A DNA stretch of 60,454 nucleotides from an uncultured Muribaculaceae bacterium. GTDB lineage: Bacteria; Bacillota_I; Bacilli_A; RF39; UBA660. Made by a program: the position numbers and the translations under genes. Positions within the stretch are counted from its first letter, which is position 1. Each line of letters opens with the position of its first letter. The stretch lies in contig CAYRLX010000005.1 in NCBI GenBank assembly GCA_964425325.1, forward strand, positions 1-60,454, written 5' to 3'. The notes below the pieces were generated by a model, which saw only the letters and a list, made by a program, of their open reading frames with translations, did not search any database and was not told the origin of the DNA. Positions 26,190-37,113 of this stretch are shown here, piece by piece.

Positions 26190-26821
26190 AAATTCTCCTT
26201 TATTATCTTATCGATTAAGCCAAATACATCATCTAAACTTAAAGTTCCGTCTACATGATATACCTTAGAACTATCTTTATAATAATCTAAAATAGGTGCG
26301 GTTTCATTAACATACACATCAAACCTATGGTCATAAGTTTCTAAATTATCATCGCTTCTTTTAGTAAGATCATGACCACAGCTATCACATTTACCTAATT
26401 CCTTAGGCATGCTTTCTTCAAAATTAACATTATATACTTTACCGCAGTTCATACAAACTCTTCTTCCAGTGATTCTCTTCTCACCAATTTCTTTTGGAAT
26501 ATCAACCACGATAATGATATTTTTTAAATTACTTTTTTTACATAAACTTTCATATATTTCTACTTGAGATAAATTTCTTGGAAAACCATCCAAAACAAAT
26601 CCCTTTTGACAGTCTTCTTTAGAAAGCCTATCATATAAAAGTTTTGCGACTATTTCATTATTTACAAAAGCGCCAGCCTCAAGCTCCTTTTTAATTTCTT
26701 CATCTTCAACATTACGTAGAAGATCACCAATAGAAACATGAGGATAACCATACTTTTCGTAAATCATATTAGATAAAGCTCCTTTACCAGCCGCTGGGGG
26801 AGCGATAAAAGTAATATTCAC
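26186..26821 (-). CDS. adk: adenylate kinase (Zn-lid type) with atypical P-loop
   Basis: VLDGFPRN, GRRVCMNCGKVYN..CDSCGH lid, RSDDN. The P-loop reads APPAAGKGA instead of GxPGxGKGT. Confidence 0.9.
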   Translation of the reverse strand: MNITFIAPPAAGKGALSNMIYEKYGYPHVSIGDLLRNVEDEEIKKELEAGAFVNNEIVAKLLYDRLSKEDCQKGFVLDGFPRNLSQVEIYESLCKKSNLKNIIIVVDIPKEIGEKRITGRRVCMNCGKVYNVNFEESMPKELGKCDSCGHDLTKRSDDNLETYDHRFDVYVNETAPILDYYKDSSKVYHVDGTLSLDDVFGLIDKIIKENL

Positions 26822-26823
26822 TC

Positions 26824-28065
26824 TTAACCCCTCCTCTTATAACTCTGGCTGATTAAATTGCTTTCGATTTGTTTATATGTATCTAAAATAACTCCAATAA
26901 CAATTATTAGACCAGTACCACCAATTGACACTGTAGTTGGCAATTTAGTTGTCATACTAAGTATATAAGGTAGTCCAGCTATAAAAGCTAAAGCTACTGA
27001 TCCAACAGTTGTCAGTCTAATTAACACTCCACTAATATACTTTACAGTTTCGCTTCCAGGACGAATGCCAGGAATGAATCCACCAGACTTCTGTAAATCT
27101 TCACTCATCTCTTTTGGCTTAATAACTATAAAGGTATAAAAGTAAGAAAATGCCACGATAAATACTATGAATAGTATAAATCCGCAAACAGATGATAAAC
27201 TAAGCCACTTATTTACAAAATCCATCATCTTATCGTTTTTAGAAAATTGAGCAATAAGTGCTGGAACAGAAATAAGTGCAGATGCAAATATAACTGGTAC
27301 AACTCCAGCAGAGTTCAATTTAAAAGGTATATAACTTCTCTTACTAGCGTAAACATTATTAGTTTTATTCGCATATTGTATAGGAATTCTGCGAGCAGCA
27401 AGCTCGACAAATAATACCCCAAGAACAACAATTAAATAAACAATAACAAATAATGCAAATAACCCTACACCTACCCAAGTACTTGCAGCCTTATCTATAA
27501 AAGTAGAATAAGCTGTTTGGAACATATGAGGTGTCGTAGCTAATATACCTGCCATAATTATCATTGATGTTCCATTACCAAGACCTTTCTTAGTAATCTC
27601 ATCACCAATCCATAAAAGTAGACAAGTACCTGCAGTAAGAACAAGCGCAGCTTCTAAATAATCAGAAACTCCCCCATTTCCAATAAATGCAAATGAGAAC
27701 ATATAACCTTGAACAAAAGCTAAAACAATACCAAGAATTCTTGTAATTTGGTTAAGCTTATTTCTTCCTGTTTGACCTTGCTTAGCTAAATCAGAGAAAT
27801 ATGGAATAATATCCATCTGAAGTAGCTGCATGACAATAGAAGCAGTAATATAAGGAGTAACACCTAATGCAAAAATAGAAAAGTTCTGCATAGCGCCACC
27901 ACTCATTATATTAAGTAGCTCTAAAAATCCCATATTTAAATTAGAGTTAACCCCAGGAACAACTATAGAAGTTCCAAGTTTAAATACAAATAAACAGAAA
28001 AAAGTAAATAACATTTTTTTTCTAAGTTCTTTATTAGAAGAACTAAATAAATTTTTAAGTTTCAT
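26824..28065 (-). CDS. secY: preprotein translocase subunit SecY
   Basis: 413 aa, 10-TM profile, synteny between rplO and adk. Confidence 0.95.
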   Translation of the reverse strand: MKLKNLFSSSNKELRKKMLFTFFCLFVFKLGTSIVVPGVNSNLNMGFLELLNIMSGGAMQNFSIFALGVTPYITASIVMQLLQMDIIPYFSDLAKQGQTGRNKLNQITRILGIVLAFVQGYMFSFAFIGNGGVSDYLEAALVLTAGTCLLLWIGDEITKKGLGNGTSMIIMAGILATTPHMFQTAYSTFIDKAASTWVGVGLFALFVIVYLIVVLGVLFVELAARRIPIQYANKTNNVYASKRSYIPFKLNSAGVVPVIFASALISVPALIAQFSKNDKMMDFVNKWLSLSSVCGFILFIVFIVAFSYFYTFIVIKPKEMSEDLQKSGGFIPGIRPGSETVKYISGVLIRLTTVGSVALAFIAGLPYILSMTTKLPTTVSIGGTGLIIVIGVILDTYKQIESNLISQSYKRRG

Positions 28066-28068
28066 AGG

Positions 28069-28512
28069 CTAAATCACCTCTGCTTTTCCACCTAAATCTT
28101 CTATTTGTTTTTTGGCAGAAAGAGAAAATTTGTTAGCCTTAACATTTAATTTCTTTTCTAAAGTACCATTACCTAGTACCTTTATCCCATCAATAGCTTT
28201 CTTAACAAGACCCATATCCTTTAAAATCTCAGGATTTACTTCAGCACCATTTTCAAATCTATTAAGATCATCTAAATTAATAACAGCATACACTTTTTTA
28301 AATCTAGCATTACTAAAACCTCTCTTAGGAAGTCTTCTAAATAATGGAGTTTGACCACCTTCGAAGCCTACTCTTAAATGAGCTCCACTTCTAGATTTTT
28401 GTCCATTTTCACCTCTACCAGCAGTTTTACCAATACCACTTCCAGGTCCTCTACCAACTCTCTTGCGAGCTTTAGTAGCACCTTCTGCAGGTTTAACAGT
28501 ATGTAACTTCAT
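28069..28512 (-). CDS. rplO: 50S ribosomal protein L15
   Basis: [18 protein letters not shown]. Confidence 0.97.
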   Translation of the reverse strand: MKLHTVKPAEGATKARKRVGRGPGSGIGKTAGRGENGQKSRSGAHLRVGFEGGQTPLFRRLPKRGFSNARFKKVYAVINLDDLNRFENGAEVNPEILKDMGLVKKAIDGIKVLGNGTLEKKLNVKANKFSLSAKKQIEDLGGKAEVI

Positions 28513-29015
28513 TATAACTCCTCTACTTTCTTACCACGTAGCTTAGCAATTTGCTCAGCAGTTTTTTGTTGTTTTAATGCATCAAGTGTAGCATATGCCA
28601 TATTATTTTTAGTACTTGAACCTAAAGATTTAGATAAGATATCTTTAACACCAGCAAGTTCTAACACTGTTCTAACAGGTCCACCAGCTTTAACACCAGT
28701 ACCTTTTACAGCAGGTCTAAGTAAAACCTTACTAGCTCCTCTTGTTCCAATAGCTTCATGTGGGATAGTATTACCGTCAACAATAGCAACTCTAGTAACA
28801 TTTTTAGTGGCAGCAGCAACAGCCTTTTTAATAGCAGTTGGTACCTCGGCAGCCTTACCAGAACCGATACCAACTTTACCTTTACGGTCTCCTACAACAG
28901 CAGTTGCAGCAAAACGTAATTGACGACCACCTTTAGTTACCTTAGTTACACGGCCAATACTGATAACTTCTTCGTCATATAATTTTGGACGGGCTTCTCT
29001 TCTTTGTCTTTCCAC
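28512..29015 (-). CDS. rpsE: 30S ribosomal protein S5
   Basis: [23 protein letters not shown]. Its stop overlaps the rplO start (TAATG). Confidence 0.97.
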   Translation of the reverse strand: MERQRREARPKLYDEEVISIGRVTKVTKGGRQLRFAATAVVGDRKGKVGIGSGKAAEVPTAIKKAVAAATKNVTRVAIVDGNTIPHEAIGTRGASKVLLRPAVKGTGVKAGGPVRTVLELAGVKDILSKSLGSSTKNNMAYATLDALKQQKTAEQIAKLRGKKVEEL

Positions 29016-29028
29016 TTTTTTCCCTCCT

Positions 29029-29391
29029 CTAGAAATTTAATCCATTTTCACGTGCAGCTTCAGCTAAAGCTTTAACACGTCCATGATATAAGTATCCACC
29101 TCTATCGAATACTACATCACTAATTTTTGCTTTTTTTGCTCTTTCAGCAATTAATTTTCCGACTTTACGAGCTGCTTCAATATTTCCACCATTTTCTAGT
29201 TTTAATTCTTTATCAATTGAAGAAGCACTAACTAAAGTCACACCTTTAGCATCATCGATTATTTGTGCGAAAATATTAGAATTTGATCTAAATACATTAA
29301 GTCTAGGAGTTTCATTACTACCAGTTACTTTATTTCTAACTCTAGCATGTCTAGCCTTACGCACTTCATTACGATTTACCTTTTTAATCAT
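29029..29391 (-). CDS. rplR: 50S ribosomal protein L18
   Basis: [21 protein letters not shown]. Confidence 0.97.
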   Translation of the reverse strand: MIKKVNRNEVRKARHARVRNKVTGSNETPRLNVFRSNSNIFAQIIDDAKGVTLVSASSIDKELKLENGGNIEAARKVGKLIAERAKKAKISDVVFDRGGYLYHGRVKALAEAARENGLNF

Positions 29392-29408
29392 ATTCTTCTT
29401 CCTTTCTA

Positions 29409-29939
29409 TTAAGCAGCTTTCTTACCAACTTTACGAATAATATGTTCGTCTTGGTAACGAATACCTTTTCCTTTATAAGGTTCAGGTTTTCTTATTTTTC
29501 TAACATTAGCAGCAAACTCACCAACTAATTGCTTGTCTATACCCCTAATAAAAAGTTCAGTATTACTAGGAGCCTCTAAAGTTAAACCTTCAGGAACATC
29601 AAGCATAATTGGATGAGAATACCCTGCAGTTACTTTTAATTTTTTACCTTGAACATCAAAACGATATCCAACACCAACAGTTTCTAATTTTTTCTCAAAA
29701 CCTTTAGTTACACCAATAATCATATTACTAATATTGGCATTAGCTGTACCGTGGAAATTTTTAAAAGCATCACTTTTTCTAGTAACAGTAAGCTCTTCAC
29801 CTTCCACATTAACAGTAATATTTTTATTAATTTCAGTAGAAAGTTCACCTTTAGGACCCTTAACTGTAACAATATTACCGTTAGTTTCAACCGTAACACC
29901 AGCAGGTATATTTAAAATTCTGTTTCCTATACGACTCAT
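29409..29939 (-). CDS. rplF: 50S ribosomal protein L6
   Basis: [17 protein letters not shown]. Confidence 0.97.
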   Translation of the reverse strand: MSRIGNRILNIPAGVTVETNGNIVTVKGPKGELSTEINKNITVNVEGEELTVTRKSDAFKNFHGTANANISNMIIGVTKGFEKKLETVGVGYRFDVQGKKLKVTAGYSHPIMLDVPEGLTLEAPSNTELFIRGIDKQLVGEFAANVRKIRKPEPYKGKGIRYQDEHIIRKVGKKAA

Positions 29940-29954
29940 AAATATCTTTCCTTT

Positions 29955-30350
29955 CTACCAAATATAAGCTAAAACTTCTCCACCTAATTTTTTATTCTTA
30001 GCGTCTCTTCCAGTCATAACACCTTCAGAAGTAGAGACAATAGCTATACCTAAACCATTAAGAACGCTAGGTATATCTACCCATTTAGCATAAACGCGAA
30101 GACCTGGTTTAGAAATTCTTTTAAGTCCAGTAATAACACGTTCTTTTTTATTATATTTTAAATTTAAAACTAATTTGTTTTGTTTTTCAGCATCTACTAC
30201 TTTAAAGTCAGAAATATATCCTTCTTCCTTTAAAATTCTAGCGATTTCTTCTTTCATTTTTGAAGTTGGCATTTCAACTTCTACATATCTTAATTGATTT
30301 GCATTACGGATTCTCGTAAGCATATCAGCAATTGGATCTGATACTACCAT
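29955..30350 (-). CDS. rpsH: 30S ribosomal protein S8
   Basis: [14 protein letters not shown]. Confidence 0.97.
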   Translation of the reverse strand: MVVSDPIADMLTRIRNANQLRYVEVEMPTSKMKEEIARILKEEGYISDFKVVDAEKQNKLVLNLKYNKKERVITGLKRISKPGLRVYAKWVDIPSVLNGLGIAIVSTSEGVMTGRDAKNKKLGGEVLAYIW

Positions 30351-30366
30351 CTTTAATCCTCCCTTC

Positions 30367-30552
30367 TTACCAGCTTGATTTTGTAAATCCAGGTATTTGT
30401 CCTTTATAAGCTAAATTCCTAAAACAAATACGGCAAATTCCATACTTTTTAAGTACTGAATGTGGTCTACCGCATATTTGACAACGTGTATATTTACGCA
30501 CTTTAAATTTAGGCTCTCTATTAGCTTTAACAATCATACTTTTTCTTGCCAT
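30367..30552 (-). CDS. rpsN: 30S ribosomal protein S14 type Z (zinc-binding)
   Basis: 61 aa; [14 protein letters not shown]. Confidence 0.97.
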   Translation of the reverse strand: MARKSMIVKANREPKFKVRKYTRCQICGRPHSVLKKYGICRICFRNLAYKGQIPGFTKSSW

Positions 30553-30565
30553 AATATCCTCCTAA

Positions 30566-31105
30566 TTATTTTTTAAACGGCATACCGAAACCTTTAAGTA
30601 AGTCTAAAGCTTCCTCGTTAGTTTTTGCAGTTGTAACAAAAACTATATCCATTCCACGTACTTTAACAACTTTATCATAATCTATTTCAGAGAAAATAAG
30701 TTGTTCAGTAAGACCTAAAGTATAGTTACCTCTACCATCAAATGACTTAGGACTTATACCTCTAAAATCTCTTACACGTGGTAGTGTAATACTAATTAAC
30801 TTATCTAAGAAGTTATACATATTATCTCCTCTTAAAGTTACTTTACAGCCAATAGCTTGACCTTCTCTAACTTTAAAACCAGCAATAGCCTTCTTAGCTC
30901 TAGTAATTATTGGTTTTTGACCAGTAATAGTTTTTAAATCTTCACATGCAGCATCGATTAATTTACTATTACTAGTAGCATCACCAACACCCATGTTAAC
31001 GACAATTTTATCTAATTTAGGCACTGCCATAATACTCTTATAATTATATTTTTCAGTTAAACTTGGTACGATTTTTTCTTTATACTCTTTTTCTAGGCGG
31101 TTCAT
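30566..31105 (-). CDS. rplE: 50S ribosomal protein L5
   Basis: [16 protein letters not shown]; 179 aa. Confidence 0.97.
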   Translation of the reverse strand: MNRLEKEYKEKIVPSLTEKYNYKSIMAVPKLDKIVVNMGVGDATSNSKLIDAACEDLKTITGQKPIITRAKKAIAGFKVREGQAIGCKVTLRGDNMYNFLDKLISITLPRVRDFRGISPKSFDGRGNYTLGLTEQLIFSEIDYDKVVKVRGMDIVFVTTAKTNEEALDLLKGFGMPFKK

Positions 31106-31126
31106 AAATGCCCTCCTTTCAAGTTA

Positions 31127-31432
31127 CTAATCAATTTTTTTACCAGATTTCTTAGAAATTCTGATTTTTTTACCATCTTTAAACTCATAGCCTACTCTAG
31201 TTCCTTTTTTTGCTTTATCATCATAAAGCATAACATTAGAAACATGTAAAGGAGCTTCAATTTCAGCTATTCTTCCATCTTCTCCACCGCTTGGTTTAAT
31301 ATGTTTTTTAACAATATTAACGCCTTCGACGATGACCTTAGAAGAATTTTTTAAAGTCTTAATTACTTTTCCTTCTTTGCCCTTATCTTTTCCAGCTATA
31401 ACGACAACTTTATCTCCTTGTTTAATTTTCAT
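31127..31432 (-). CDS. rplX: 50S ribosomal protein L24
   Basis: MKIKQGDKVVVIAGKDKGKEG. ATG at 31432 follows GAGGG; the ORF-track start at 31444 is less likely. Confidence 0.95.
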   Translation of the reverse strand: MKIKQGDKVVVIAGKDKGKEGKVIKTLKNSSKVIVEGVNIVKKHIKPSGGEDGRIAEIEAPLHVSNVMLYDDKAKKGTRVGYEFKDGKKIRISKKSGKKID

Positions 31433-31447
31433 ATTATCCCTCACGAT

Positions 31448-31816
31448 CTATAATACTTCTTTAGCAAGTGATACAATCTTCATAAAATCTTTTTCACGAA
31501 GTTCACGAGCTACTGGTCCAAATACACGAGTTCCAACTGGACTCTTATCATCTTTAATGATAACGCATGCATTTTCATCAAACTTGATATATGATCCATC
31601 TTCTCTTCTTAGACCAAATTTAGTTCTAACAACTACTGCCTTAACAACTTGACCTGCACTAACAGTTCCATTAGGCATAGCTTTTTTTACAGTTCCAACA
31701 ACTATATCTCCAATATTGCCAGTTTTAACCTTGCTGCCACCAAGTACCCTAATAACTAGTAGTTCACGAGCACCAGAATTGTCAGCTACTTTTAAACGGC
31801 TTTCCTGTTGAATCAT
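31448..31816 (-). CDS. rplN: 50S ribosomal protein L14
   Basis: [16 protein letters not shown]. Confidence 0.97.
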   Translation of the reverse strand: MIQQESRLKVADNSGARELLVIRVLGGSKVKTGNIGDIVVGTVKKAMPNGTVSAGQVVKAVVVRTKFGLRREDGSYIKFDENACVIIKDDKSPVGTRVFGPVARELREKDFMKIVSLAKEVL

Positions 31817-31839
31817 ATATAATTCCTCCTTCTAGCTAG

Positions 31840-32097
31840 TTATAAAATAACTGCTTCTTCTACTACTTTTACTAAACGATAATGTTTAGTCTTAGATAGT
31901 GGTCTAGTTTCAGCAATTCTAACAATATCGCCTACTTTAGCCACATTTGCCTCATCATGTGCGGCAAACTTTTTAGAGTACTTTACTCTTTTACCATATT
32001 TTTTATCCATTCTGTGAGTTTCAACTAAAACTGTAATAGTTTTATCATTTTTAGCACTTACAACTTTTCCAACTAATTCTTGTTTAATATTTTCCAT
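31840..32097 (-). CDS. rpsQ: 30S ribosomal protein S17
   Basis: 85 aa; [17 protein letters not shown]. Confidence 0.97.
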   Translation of the reverse strand: MENIKQELVGKVVSAKNDKTITVLVETHRMDKKYGKRVKYSKKFAAHDEANVAKVGDIVRIAETRPLSKTKHYRLVKVVEEAVIL

Positions 32098-32107
32098 AAT
32101 ATTCCTC

Positions 32108-32302
32108 CTAGCCCTCTAATTCACGTTCACGAAGAATAGTTTTCATTCTCGCAACGGCCTTTCTAAGTTCTTTAATCCTACTAGGTTGTTCTAAAGATCC
32201 AGTAGCTTGGCTAAAACGTAAATTAAATAGCTCTGCCTTACATTCAGAAATTTTATTTTTAAGTTCTTCATCACTAAGTTCTCTAAGTTCATTAATTTTC
32301 AT
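32108..32302 (-). CDS. rpmC: 50S ribosomal protein L29
   Basis: [21 protein letters not shown] at 32302 overlaps the rplP 3' end. Confidence 0.95.
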   Translation of the reverse strand: MKINELRELSDEELKNKISECKAELFNLRFSQATGSLEQPSRIKELRKAVARMKTILRERELEG

Positions 32303-32720
32303 TAGCCACACCCTCTTTCTTTACAAATTTACATTTAATTGGAAGTTTGTGCATAGCAAGACGTAAAGCCTCACGTGCTACTTCTTCACTCACACCAGAA
32401 ATTTCAAACATGATTTTTCCTTGTTTAACAACTGCAACCCATTTTTCAGGTGCACCTTTACCTTTACCTTGACGCATACCAATACCTTTAGCAGTTAAAG
32501 ATAGATGTGGGAAAATGTTTATCCAAACCTTTCCTCCACGTTTCATATAACGAGTCATAGCAACTCTGGCAGCCTCAATTTGTTGTTGACTAATCCAAGC
32601 ACCTTCTAATGCTTGAAGACCATAGTCACCGAATGATAAAGTGGTATTTCCTTTTGACTTTCCTTCATATTTAAGACGATGAGGTCTACGATATTTAGTT
32701 CTTTTTGGAATAACGGCCAT
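32292..32720 (-). CDS. rplP: 50S ribosomal protein L16
   Basis: [18 protein letters not shown] at 32720 follows AAGGAGGG. The 35-codon N-terminal extension in the ORF track is not credible. Confidence 0.95.
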   Translation of the reverse strand: MAVIPKRTKYRRPHRLKYEGKSKGNTTLSFGDYGLQALEGAWISQQQIEAARVAMTRYMKRGGKVWINIFPHLSLTAKGIGMRQGKGKGAPEKWVAVVKQGKIMFEISGVSEEVAREALRLAMHKLPIKCKFVKKEGVANEN

Positions 32721-33375
32721 TTTTCTTACCCTCCTTATCATCTTTAGAGGCAAGGATTTCTCCCTTATAAATCCATACTTTAACACCAATCTTACCGTAA
32801 ATAGTATCAGCTTCTTTGTGAGCATAATCTAAATCAGCTCTTAAAGTATGACGTGGAACCTTACCTTCAGTATAATGTTCACTTCTTGCAATTTCAGCTC
32901 CATTTAAACGTCCTGAAACTTCAGTTTTAATACCCTTAGCTCCTGATTTTATAGCATTTCTAATTGCTTTCTTTTGAGCAATTTTATAAGAAACACGGCT
33001 TTCAATTTGATGAGCTATATTCTCTGCTACAAGTGCAGCTACAATATTAGGGTTTTTAATTTCTTTAATAGAAATATGAATATCTTCATTAACTAGTTTT
33101 GAAAGTTCTTTTCTTAATTTTTCTATTTCATCACCGCCATGACCTATTACAACACCAGGCTTAGCAGTATTGATAATAACTTCGGTCTTATCACTATTTC
33201 TCTCGATTTCAATTGCAGAAACAGCAGCTCCAGATAATTTCTTTTCTAAGAACTTACGAATTTTATGATCGTTACCTAGGAATTTAGCAAAATCATTATT
33301 GCCAGCATACCATTTAGATTCCCAAGTTTTATTAATTCCAATTCTAAGTCCGACTGGACTAACCTTTTGACCCAT
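32695..33375 (-). CDS. rpsC: 30S ribosomal protein S3
   Basis: [13 protein letters not shown]; KH domain. The 3' end overlaps the rplP start by 26 nt. Confidence 0.97.
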   Translation of the reverse strand: MGQKVSPVGLRIGINKTWESKWYAGNNDFAKFLGNDHKIRKFLEKKLSGAAVSAIEIERNSDKTEVIINTAKPGVVIGHGGDEIEKLRKELSKLVNEDIHISIKEIKNPNIVAALVAENIAHQIESRVSYKIAQKKAIRNAIKSGAKGIKTEVSGRLNGAEIARSEHYTEGKVPRHTLRADLDYAHKEADTIYGKIGVKVWIYKGEILASKDDKEGKKNGRYSKKN

Positions 33376-33395
33376 GTTTATTACCCTCCTTTACT

Positions 33396-33728
33396 TTATT
33401 TTTCACCTACAACCACTGTAATGTGGCTTGATCTTTTTAAAATTGGCTTAGGCATACCTTTTGCCCCAGCGCGTCCTCTCTTAAGAGTACGTCCTTCATT
33501 TATATAAGCTTCTTTAACATATAAGTTTTCACGTTTTAACTCTAAATTATTTTCACAATTAGCTGTAGCTGACGTTAAAACCTTACGAATTAATCTAGAA
33601 GCTTCTTTATTTATGTTTGCTAAAATAGTATCAGCTTCTGCCACATCTTTACCACGAATTAAATCGATAACAAGACGAGCTTTTCTAGGTGCTATTCTTA
33701 CACCCTTTGCAACCGCTTTAGCTTCCAT
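33396..33728 (-). CDS. rplV: 50S ribosomal protein L22
   Basis: 110 aa; [18 protein letters not shown]. Confidence 0.97.
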   Translation of the reverse strand: MEAKAVAKGVRIAPRKARLVIDLIRGKDVAEADTILANINKEASRLIRKVLTSATANCENNLELKRENLYVKEAYINEGRTLKRGRAGAKGMPKPILKRSSHITVVVGEK

Positions 33729-33747
33729 TTATATCATCCTTTCCGGT

Positions 33748-34020
33748 TTATTTTTTCTTTTTATCGTCACCGTGTCCACCAAACTTACGAGTTAAAGCAA
33801 ACTCTCCTAATTTATGTCCAACCATATCTTCTGTTACATAAACAGGAATAAAATCTTTACCATTATGAACAGCAAATGTGTGTCCTATAAATTCAGGATA
33901 AATTGTAGAACGGCGTGACCAAGTTTTAATAACTTCTTTTTTACCAGATTCACTCATAGCTTGAACCTTTTTCATTAAACTATCATCAACGAATGGTCCT
34001 TTTTTTAAACTTCTAGCCAT
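33748..34020 (-). CDS. rpsS: 30S ribosomal protein S19
   Basis: [12 protein letters not shown]. Confidence 0.97.
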   Translation of the reverse strand: MARSLKKGPFVDDSLMKKVQAMSESGKKEVIKTWSRRSTIYPEFIGHTFAVHNGKDFIPVYVTEDMVGHKLGEFALTRKFGGHGDDKKKK

Positions 34021-34036
34021 TTATAATCATCCTTTC

Positions 34037-34864
34037 TTATTTACTTCGGCGAACAATCAACTTGTTTGAAGCCTTTTTCTTATTACGTGTCTTGTATCCA
34101 AGAGCAGGTTTACCCCAAGGAGTAACAGGCCCTTTACGTCCGACAGGCGCTCTACCTTCACCACCACCATGTGGGTGATCGTTAGGGTTCATAACACTAC
34201 CACGTACAGTAGGTCTTATTCCTAAATGTCTCTTTCTTCCGGCTTTACCTAAATTAACAAGTTCAAAGTCTGCATTTCCAACTTCACCAATAGTAGCTCG
34301 GCAAACACTTAAAACTTTTCTAACTTCACCACTAGTTAAACGAAGTAAAGTATAATTTCCTTCTCTACCAAGGATTTGAACACTTGACCCAGCACTTCTA
34401 GCCATTTGACCACCTTTACCAGGCATAAGTTCAACATTATGAACTAGTGTTCCTTCTGGAATGTCAGCAAGAGCTAAATTATTACCAACTTTTATGTCAG
34501 CTCCTTTTCCACTCATAATCTTCATTCCAACTTTTAAACCATTTGGAGCAATAATATATCTTTTTTCTCCATCGGCATAATTTATTAAAGCAATGTTAGC
34601 ACTTCTATTTGGATCGTATTCAATGGAAGCAACTGTTCCAACGATACCATCTTTATTTCTTTTAAAATCTATGATTCTGTATTTTCTCTTAGCTCCACCA
34701 CCGTGATGTCTTACAGTGATTTTACCTTGATTATTACGACCACCAGATTTTTTAATTGTAACAACTAATGATTTTTCTGGTTTACTTTTAGTAATATCTT
34801 CATTAACTAAAGTAGTCATACCACGTCTTCCATTAGTAGTTGGTCTATATGATCTAATTGCCAT
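34037..34864 (-). CDS. rplB: 50S ribosomal protein L2
   Basis: 275 aa; [15 protein letters not shown]. Confidence 0.97.
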   Translation of the reverse strand: MAIRSYRPTTNGRRGMTTLVNEDITKSKPEKSLVVTIKKSGGRNNQGKITVRHHGGGAKRKYRIIDFKRNKDGIVGTVASIEYDPNRSANIALINYADGEKRYIIAPNGLKVGMKIMSGKGADIKVGNNLALADIPEGTLVHNVELMPGKGGQMARSAGSSVQILGREGNYTLLRLTSGEVRKVLSVCRATIGEVGNADFELVNLGKAGRKRHLGIRPTVRGSVMNPNDHPHGGGEGRAPVGRKGPVTPWGKPALGYKTRNKKKASNKLIVRRSK

Positions 34865-34884
34865 TTTTTGTTCCTCCCTTAAGA

Positions 34885-35166
34885 TTAATTAAGTTCGATT
34901 GAACTTCCTTCTTTTAATTTAACAATTGCTTTTTTAACTTTATTTGCTCTACCTACATATCTTCCAACTCTTTTTTTCTTTGGATATGTATTTAAAGTAT
35001 TTACTTTTTCAACTTCTACATTGAATAATTTCTCAATAGCTTCTTTAATTTCAATTTTAGAAGCTCTTGGATCAACACTAAACACAAAAGTGTTGTGTTC
35101 TCTAGAAAGTTCTAAAGACTTTTCAGTTACTATTGGAGCTTTTATAATGTCTCTATATCTATCCAT
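34885..35166 (-). CDS. rplW: 50S ribosomal protein L23
   Basis: 93 aa; synteny between rplD and rplB. Confidence 0.95.
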   Translation of the reverse strand: MDRYRDIIKAPIVTEKSLELSREHNTFVFSVDPRASKIEIKEAIEKLFNVEVEKVNTLNTYPKKKRVGRYVGRANKVKKAIVKLKEGSSIELN

Positions 35167-35789
35167 TAAGAAAGCACCTCCTCTATAGCTTTAACTGCGT
35201 CTGTTTCAATAACTAAATAATCAGCAGCTATAACATCTAAAGTATTGATTTCATCATAAGTAAGTAAATCAACCTTAGGAATGTTTCTTGAAGCTAAAAT
35301 TAAATTATCAGAAAGTTCCTTAACAACTATTAAAATATTTTTAGATACTTTTAAATCATTAAGAACTTTAATCATATCTTTTGTTTTATTAGATTTAAGA
35401 GCTAAGCTATCAACTACAACTATAGCATCATCTAAAGCTTTATAAGCTAAAGCAGATTTTAAAGCTAAAACTCTTTCCTTTTTATTCATTTTCTTTCCGT
35501 AAGTTCTTGGATGTGGTCCGAATACGATTCCACCATGATACCAATGAGGTGCTCTTGTGCTTCCTTGTCTAGCATGACCAGTACCTTTTTGTCTCCATGG
35601 TTTTCTTCCACCACCACTTACTTCTGAGCGTGTTTTTGTATTAGCAGTTCCTTGTCTTTGAGAGCTTTGTGCTAAAGTAATTGCATCATAAAGTACTGCA
35701 TCGTTTGGTTTTACTCCCCAAACATTTTCATTAAGGTTAATATCATTAACTTTTTTACCACTAAGATCAACTATATTTTGTTTTTTCAT
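35166..35789 (-). CDS. rplD: 50S ribosomal protein L4
   Basis: 207 aa; GGGRKPWRQKGTGHARQGS. Confidence 0.97.
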   Translation of the reverse strand: MKKQNIVDLSGKKVNDINLNENVWGVKPNDAVLYDAITLAQSSQRQGTANTKTRSEVSGGGRKPWRQKGTGHARQGSTRAPHWYHGGIVFGPHPRTYGKKMNKKERVLALKSALAYKALDDAIVVVDSLALKSNKTKDMIKVLNDLKVSKNILIVVKELSDNLILASRNIPKVDLLTYDEINTLDVIAADYLVIETDAVKAIEEVLS

Positions 35790-35799
35790 AATTTACCTC

Positions 35800-36540
35800 C
35801 TAGTTTTCTTGAGTTTCTTGAACTTCAGTTTGAGTTTCTTCTGAAACCTCGGCATCTGATGAATTTTCAGAAACCTTAGCCCATTTTACAAGTTCAGCTC
35901 TTTTATTAACCTTTCCCATATTCTTAACAGCACTCTTTATGATAACAAGTCCTTTTTTAGGTCCAGGAATATTTCCCTTAACTAAAATTGCATTGTTTTC
36001 TACATCTACAGCTACTATTTCCAAATTTTGAATAGTAACAGTTAAAACTCCCATGTGACTAGGTAATCCTCTACCTTTAAATACACGCATTGGTCTCATT
36101 GTACCAAGTGATCCTGGCCCTCTATGATAATGTGAACCATGACCCATAGGTCCTCTTTGTTGATTATATTTCTTAATTGAACCTTGGAACCCTTTACCTT
36201 TAGAAGTTCCAGTTACATCAACGACTTCACCTACTTCAAAAATATCTGCAGATATTTCTTGACCTAAAGTATAGTCGCTAACATTTACACCTCTGATTTC
36301 TTTAAAGAAGCGCTTAGGTGTAGTTTTCGCTTTACTGGTTATACCAGCAGAAGCCTTCGTCGCAAGTTTTTCTCTTTTAGTATCAAAAGCAAGTTGGATA
36401 GCTTCATATCCGTCATTCTCTTTTGTCTTGATTTGAGTTACTACATTAGGAGTAACTTCGACAACAGTAACTGGAGTAAGCTTACCATCTTGATCAAATA
36501 CTTGAGTCATACCTATTTTACGACCTAAGATTCCTTTCAT
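35800..36540 (-). CDS. rplC: 50S ribosomal protein L3 (with acidic C-terminal extension)
   Basis: [15 protein letters not shown] from the ATG at 36540. The tail ..[23 protein letters not shown] lies beyond the usual L3 end. Confidence 0.95.
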   Translation of the reverse strand: MKGILGRKIGMTQVFDQDGKLTPVTVVEVTPNVVTQIKTKENDGYEAIQLAFDTKREKLATKASAGITSKAKTTPKRFFKEIRGVNVSDYTLGQEISADIFEVGEVVDVTGTSKGKGFQGSIKKYNQQRGPMGHGSHYHRGPGSLGTMRPMRVFKGRGLPSHMGVLTVTIQNLEIVAVDVENNAILVKGNIPGPKKGLVIIKSAVKNMGKVNKRAELVKWAKVSENSSDAEVSEETQTEVQETQEN

Positions 36541-36551
36541 ATTTTCTCCTC

Positions 36552-36863
36552 CTATAATTTTTTGATTTTGCATTCAACACCGCTTGGAATATCTAAATGC
36601 TGAAAAGCATCTATAGTCTCCTTACTTGGGTTGATAACATCAATTAGTCTTTTGTGTGTTCTTTTTTCGAATTGTTCACGAGAATCTTTGTATTTGTGAA
36701 CAGCTCTTAAAATTGTAATCTTTTCGATTTCAGTTGGAAGTGGAACAGGACCACTAACTTCGCCACCAGTTCTTTTAACAGTAGCAACGATTTTAGCACA
36801 TGCTGCATCCAAATTCTTGTGTTCGAAAGATTTTAATTTAATTCGATATTTAGCACTTGACAT
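36552..36863 (-). CDS. rpsJ: 30S ribosomal protein S10
   Basis: [19 protein letters not shown] from the ATG at 36863, after GAGAGGAGGG. The ORF-track start at 37007 reads through the leader. Confidence 0.95.
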   Translation of the reverse strand: MSSAKYRIKLKSFEHKNLDAACAKIVATVKRTGGEVSGPVPLPTEIEKITILRAVHKYKDSREQFEKRTHKRLIDVINPSKETIDAFQHLDIPSGVECKIKKL

Positions 36864-37027
36864 TAATGTACCCTCCTCTCGCCTATATCTAAGTATAGAC
36901 TTGCTCCGTGCAAAAACCCGAATAACCATTTTAAATATTTTACAACTTAACCTGGCGTATCGGCAACCTCGCACATCTTCGCATGCCACACATTCAAAAT
37001 TATACACAATAATTATATGAAAATCAA
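36864..37027 (-). promoter_or_regulatory. S10 operon promoter plus ~129-nt GC-rich structured leader
   Basis: Minus strand has TTGATT (37022-37027), a 17-nt spacer and TG-extended TATAAT (36999-37004). The leader GTGTGGCATGCGAAGATGTGCGAGGTTGCCGATACGCCAGG.. is far more GC-rich than its surroundings and is stop-free in one frame. Confidence 0.65.
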
Positions 37028-37113
37028 GCTTTTTTTATGGTTTTTTGTTTAAAATGTAAAAAAATAATTGCATAAAACAATTATTTAATTTATAAAATGA
37101 CTAATACACCCCA

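Noticed and set aside
28112-33795. Plus-strand ORFs inside the spc/S10 operon (28112-28354, 29734-29967, 31332-31652, 33613-33795)
   Set aside because: They are antisense shadows of rplO, rplF, rplX/rplN and rplV. Every one overlaps a bona fide r-protein gene completely.
36864-37020. 48-codon N-terminal extension of rpsJ (ORF 36552-37007) and the antisense ORF 36817-37020
   Set aside because: S10 homology starts at [11 protein letters not shown], with a strong RBS at 36866-36876. The extension is the GC-rich leader, which simply lacks stop codons.
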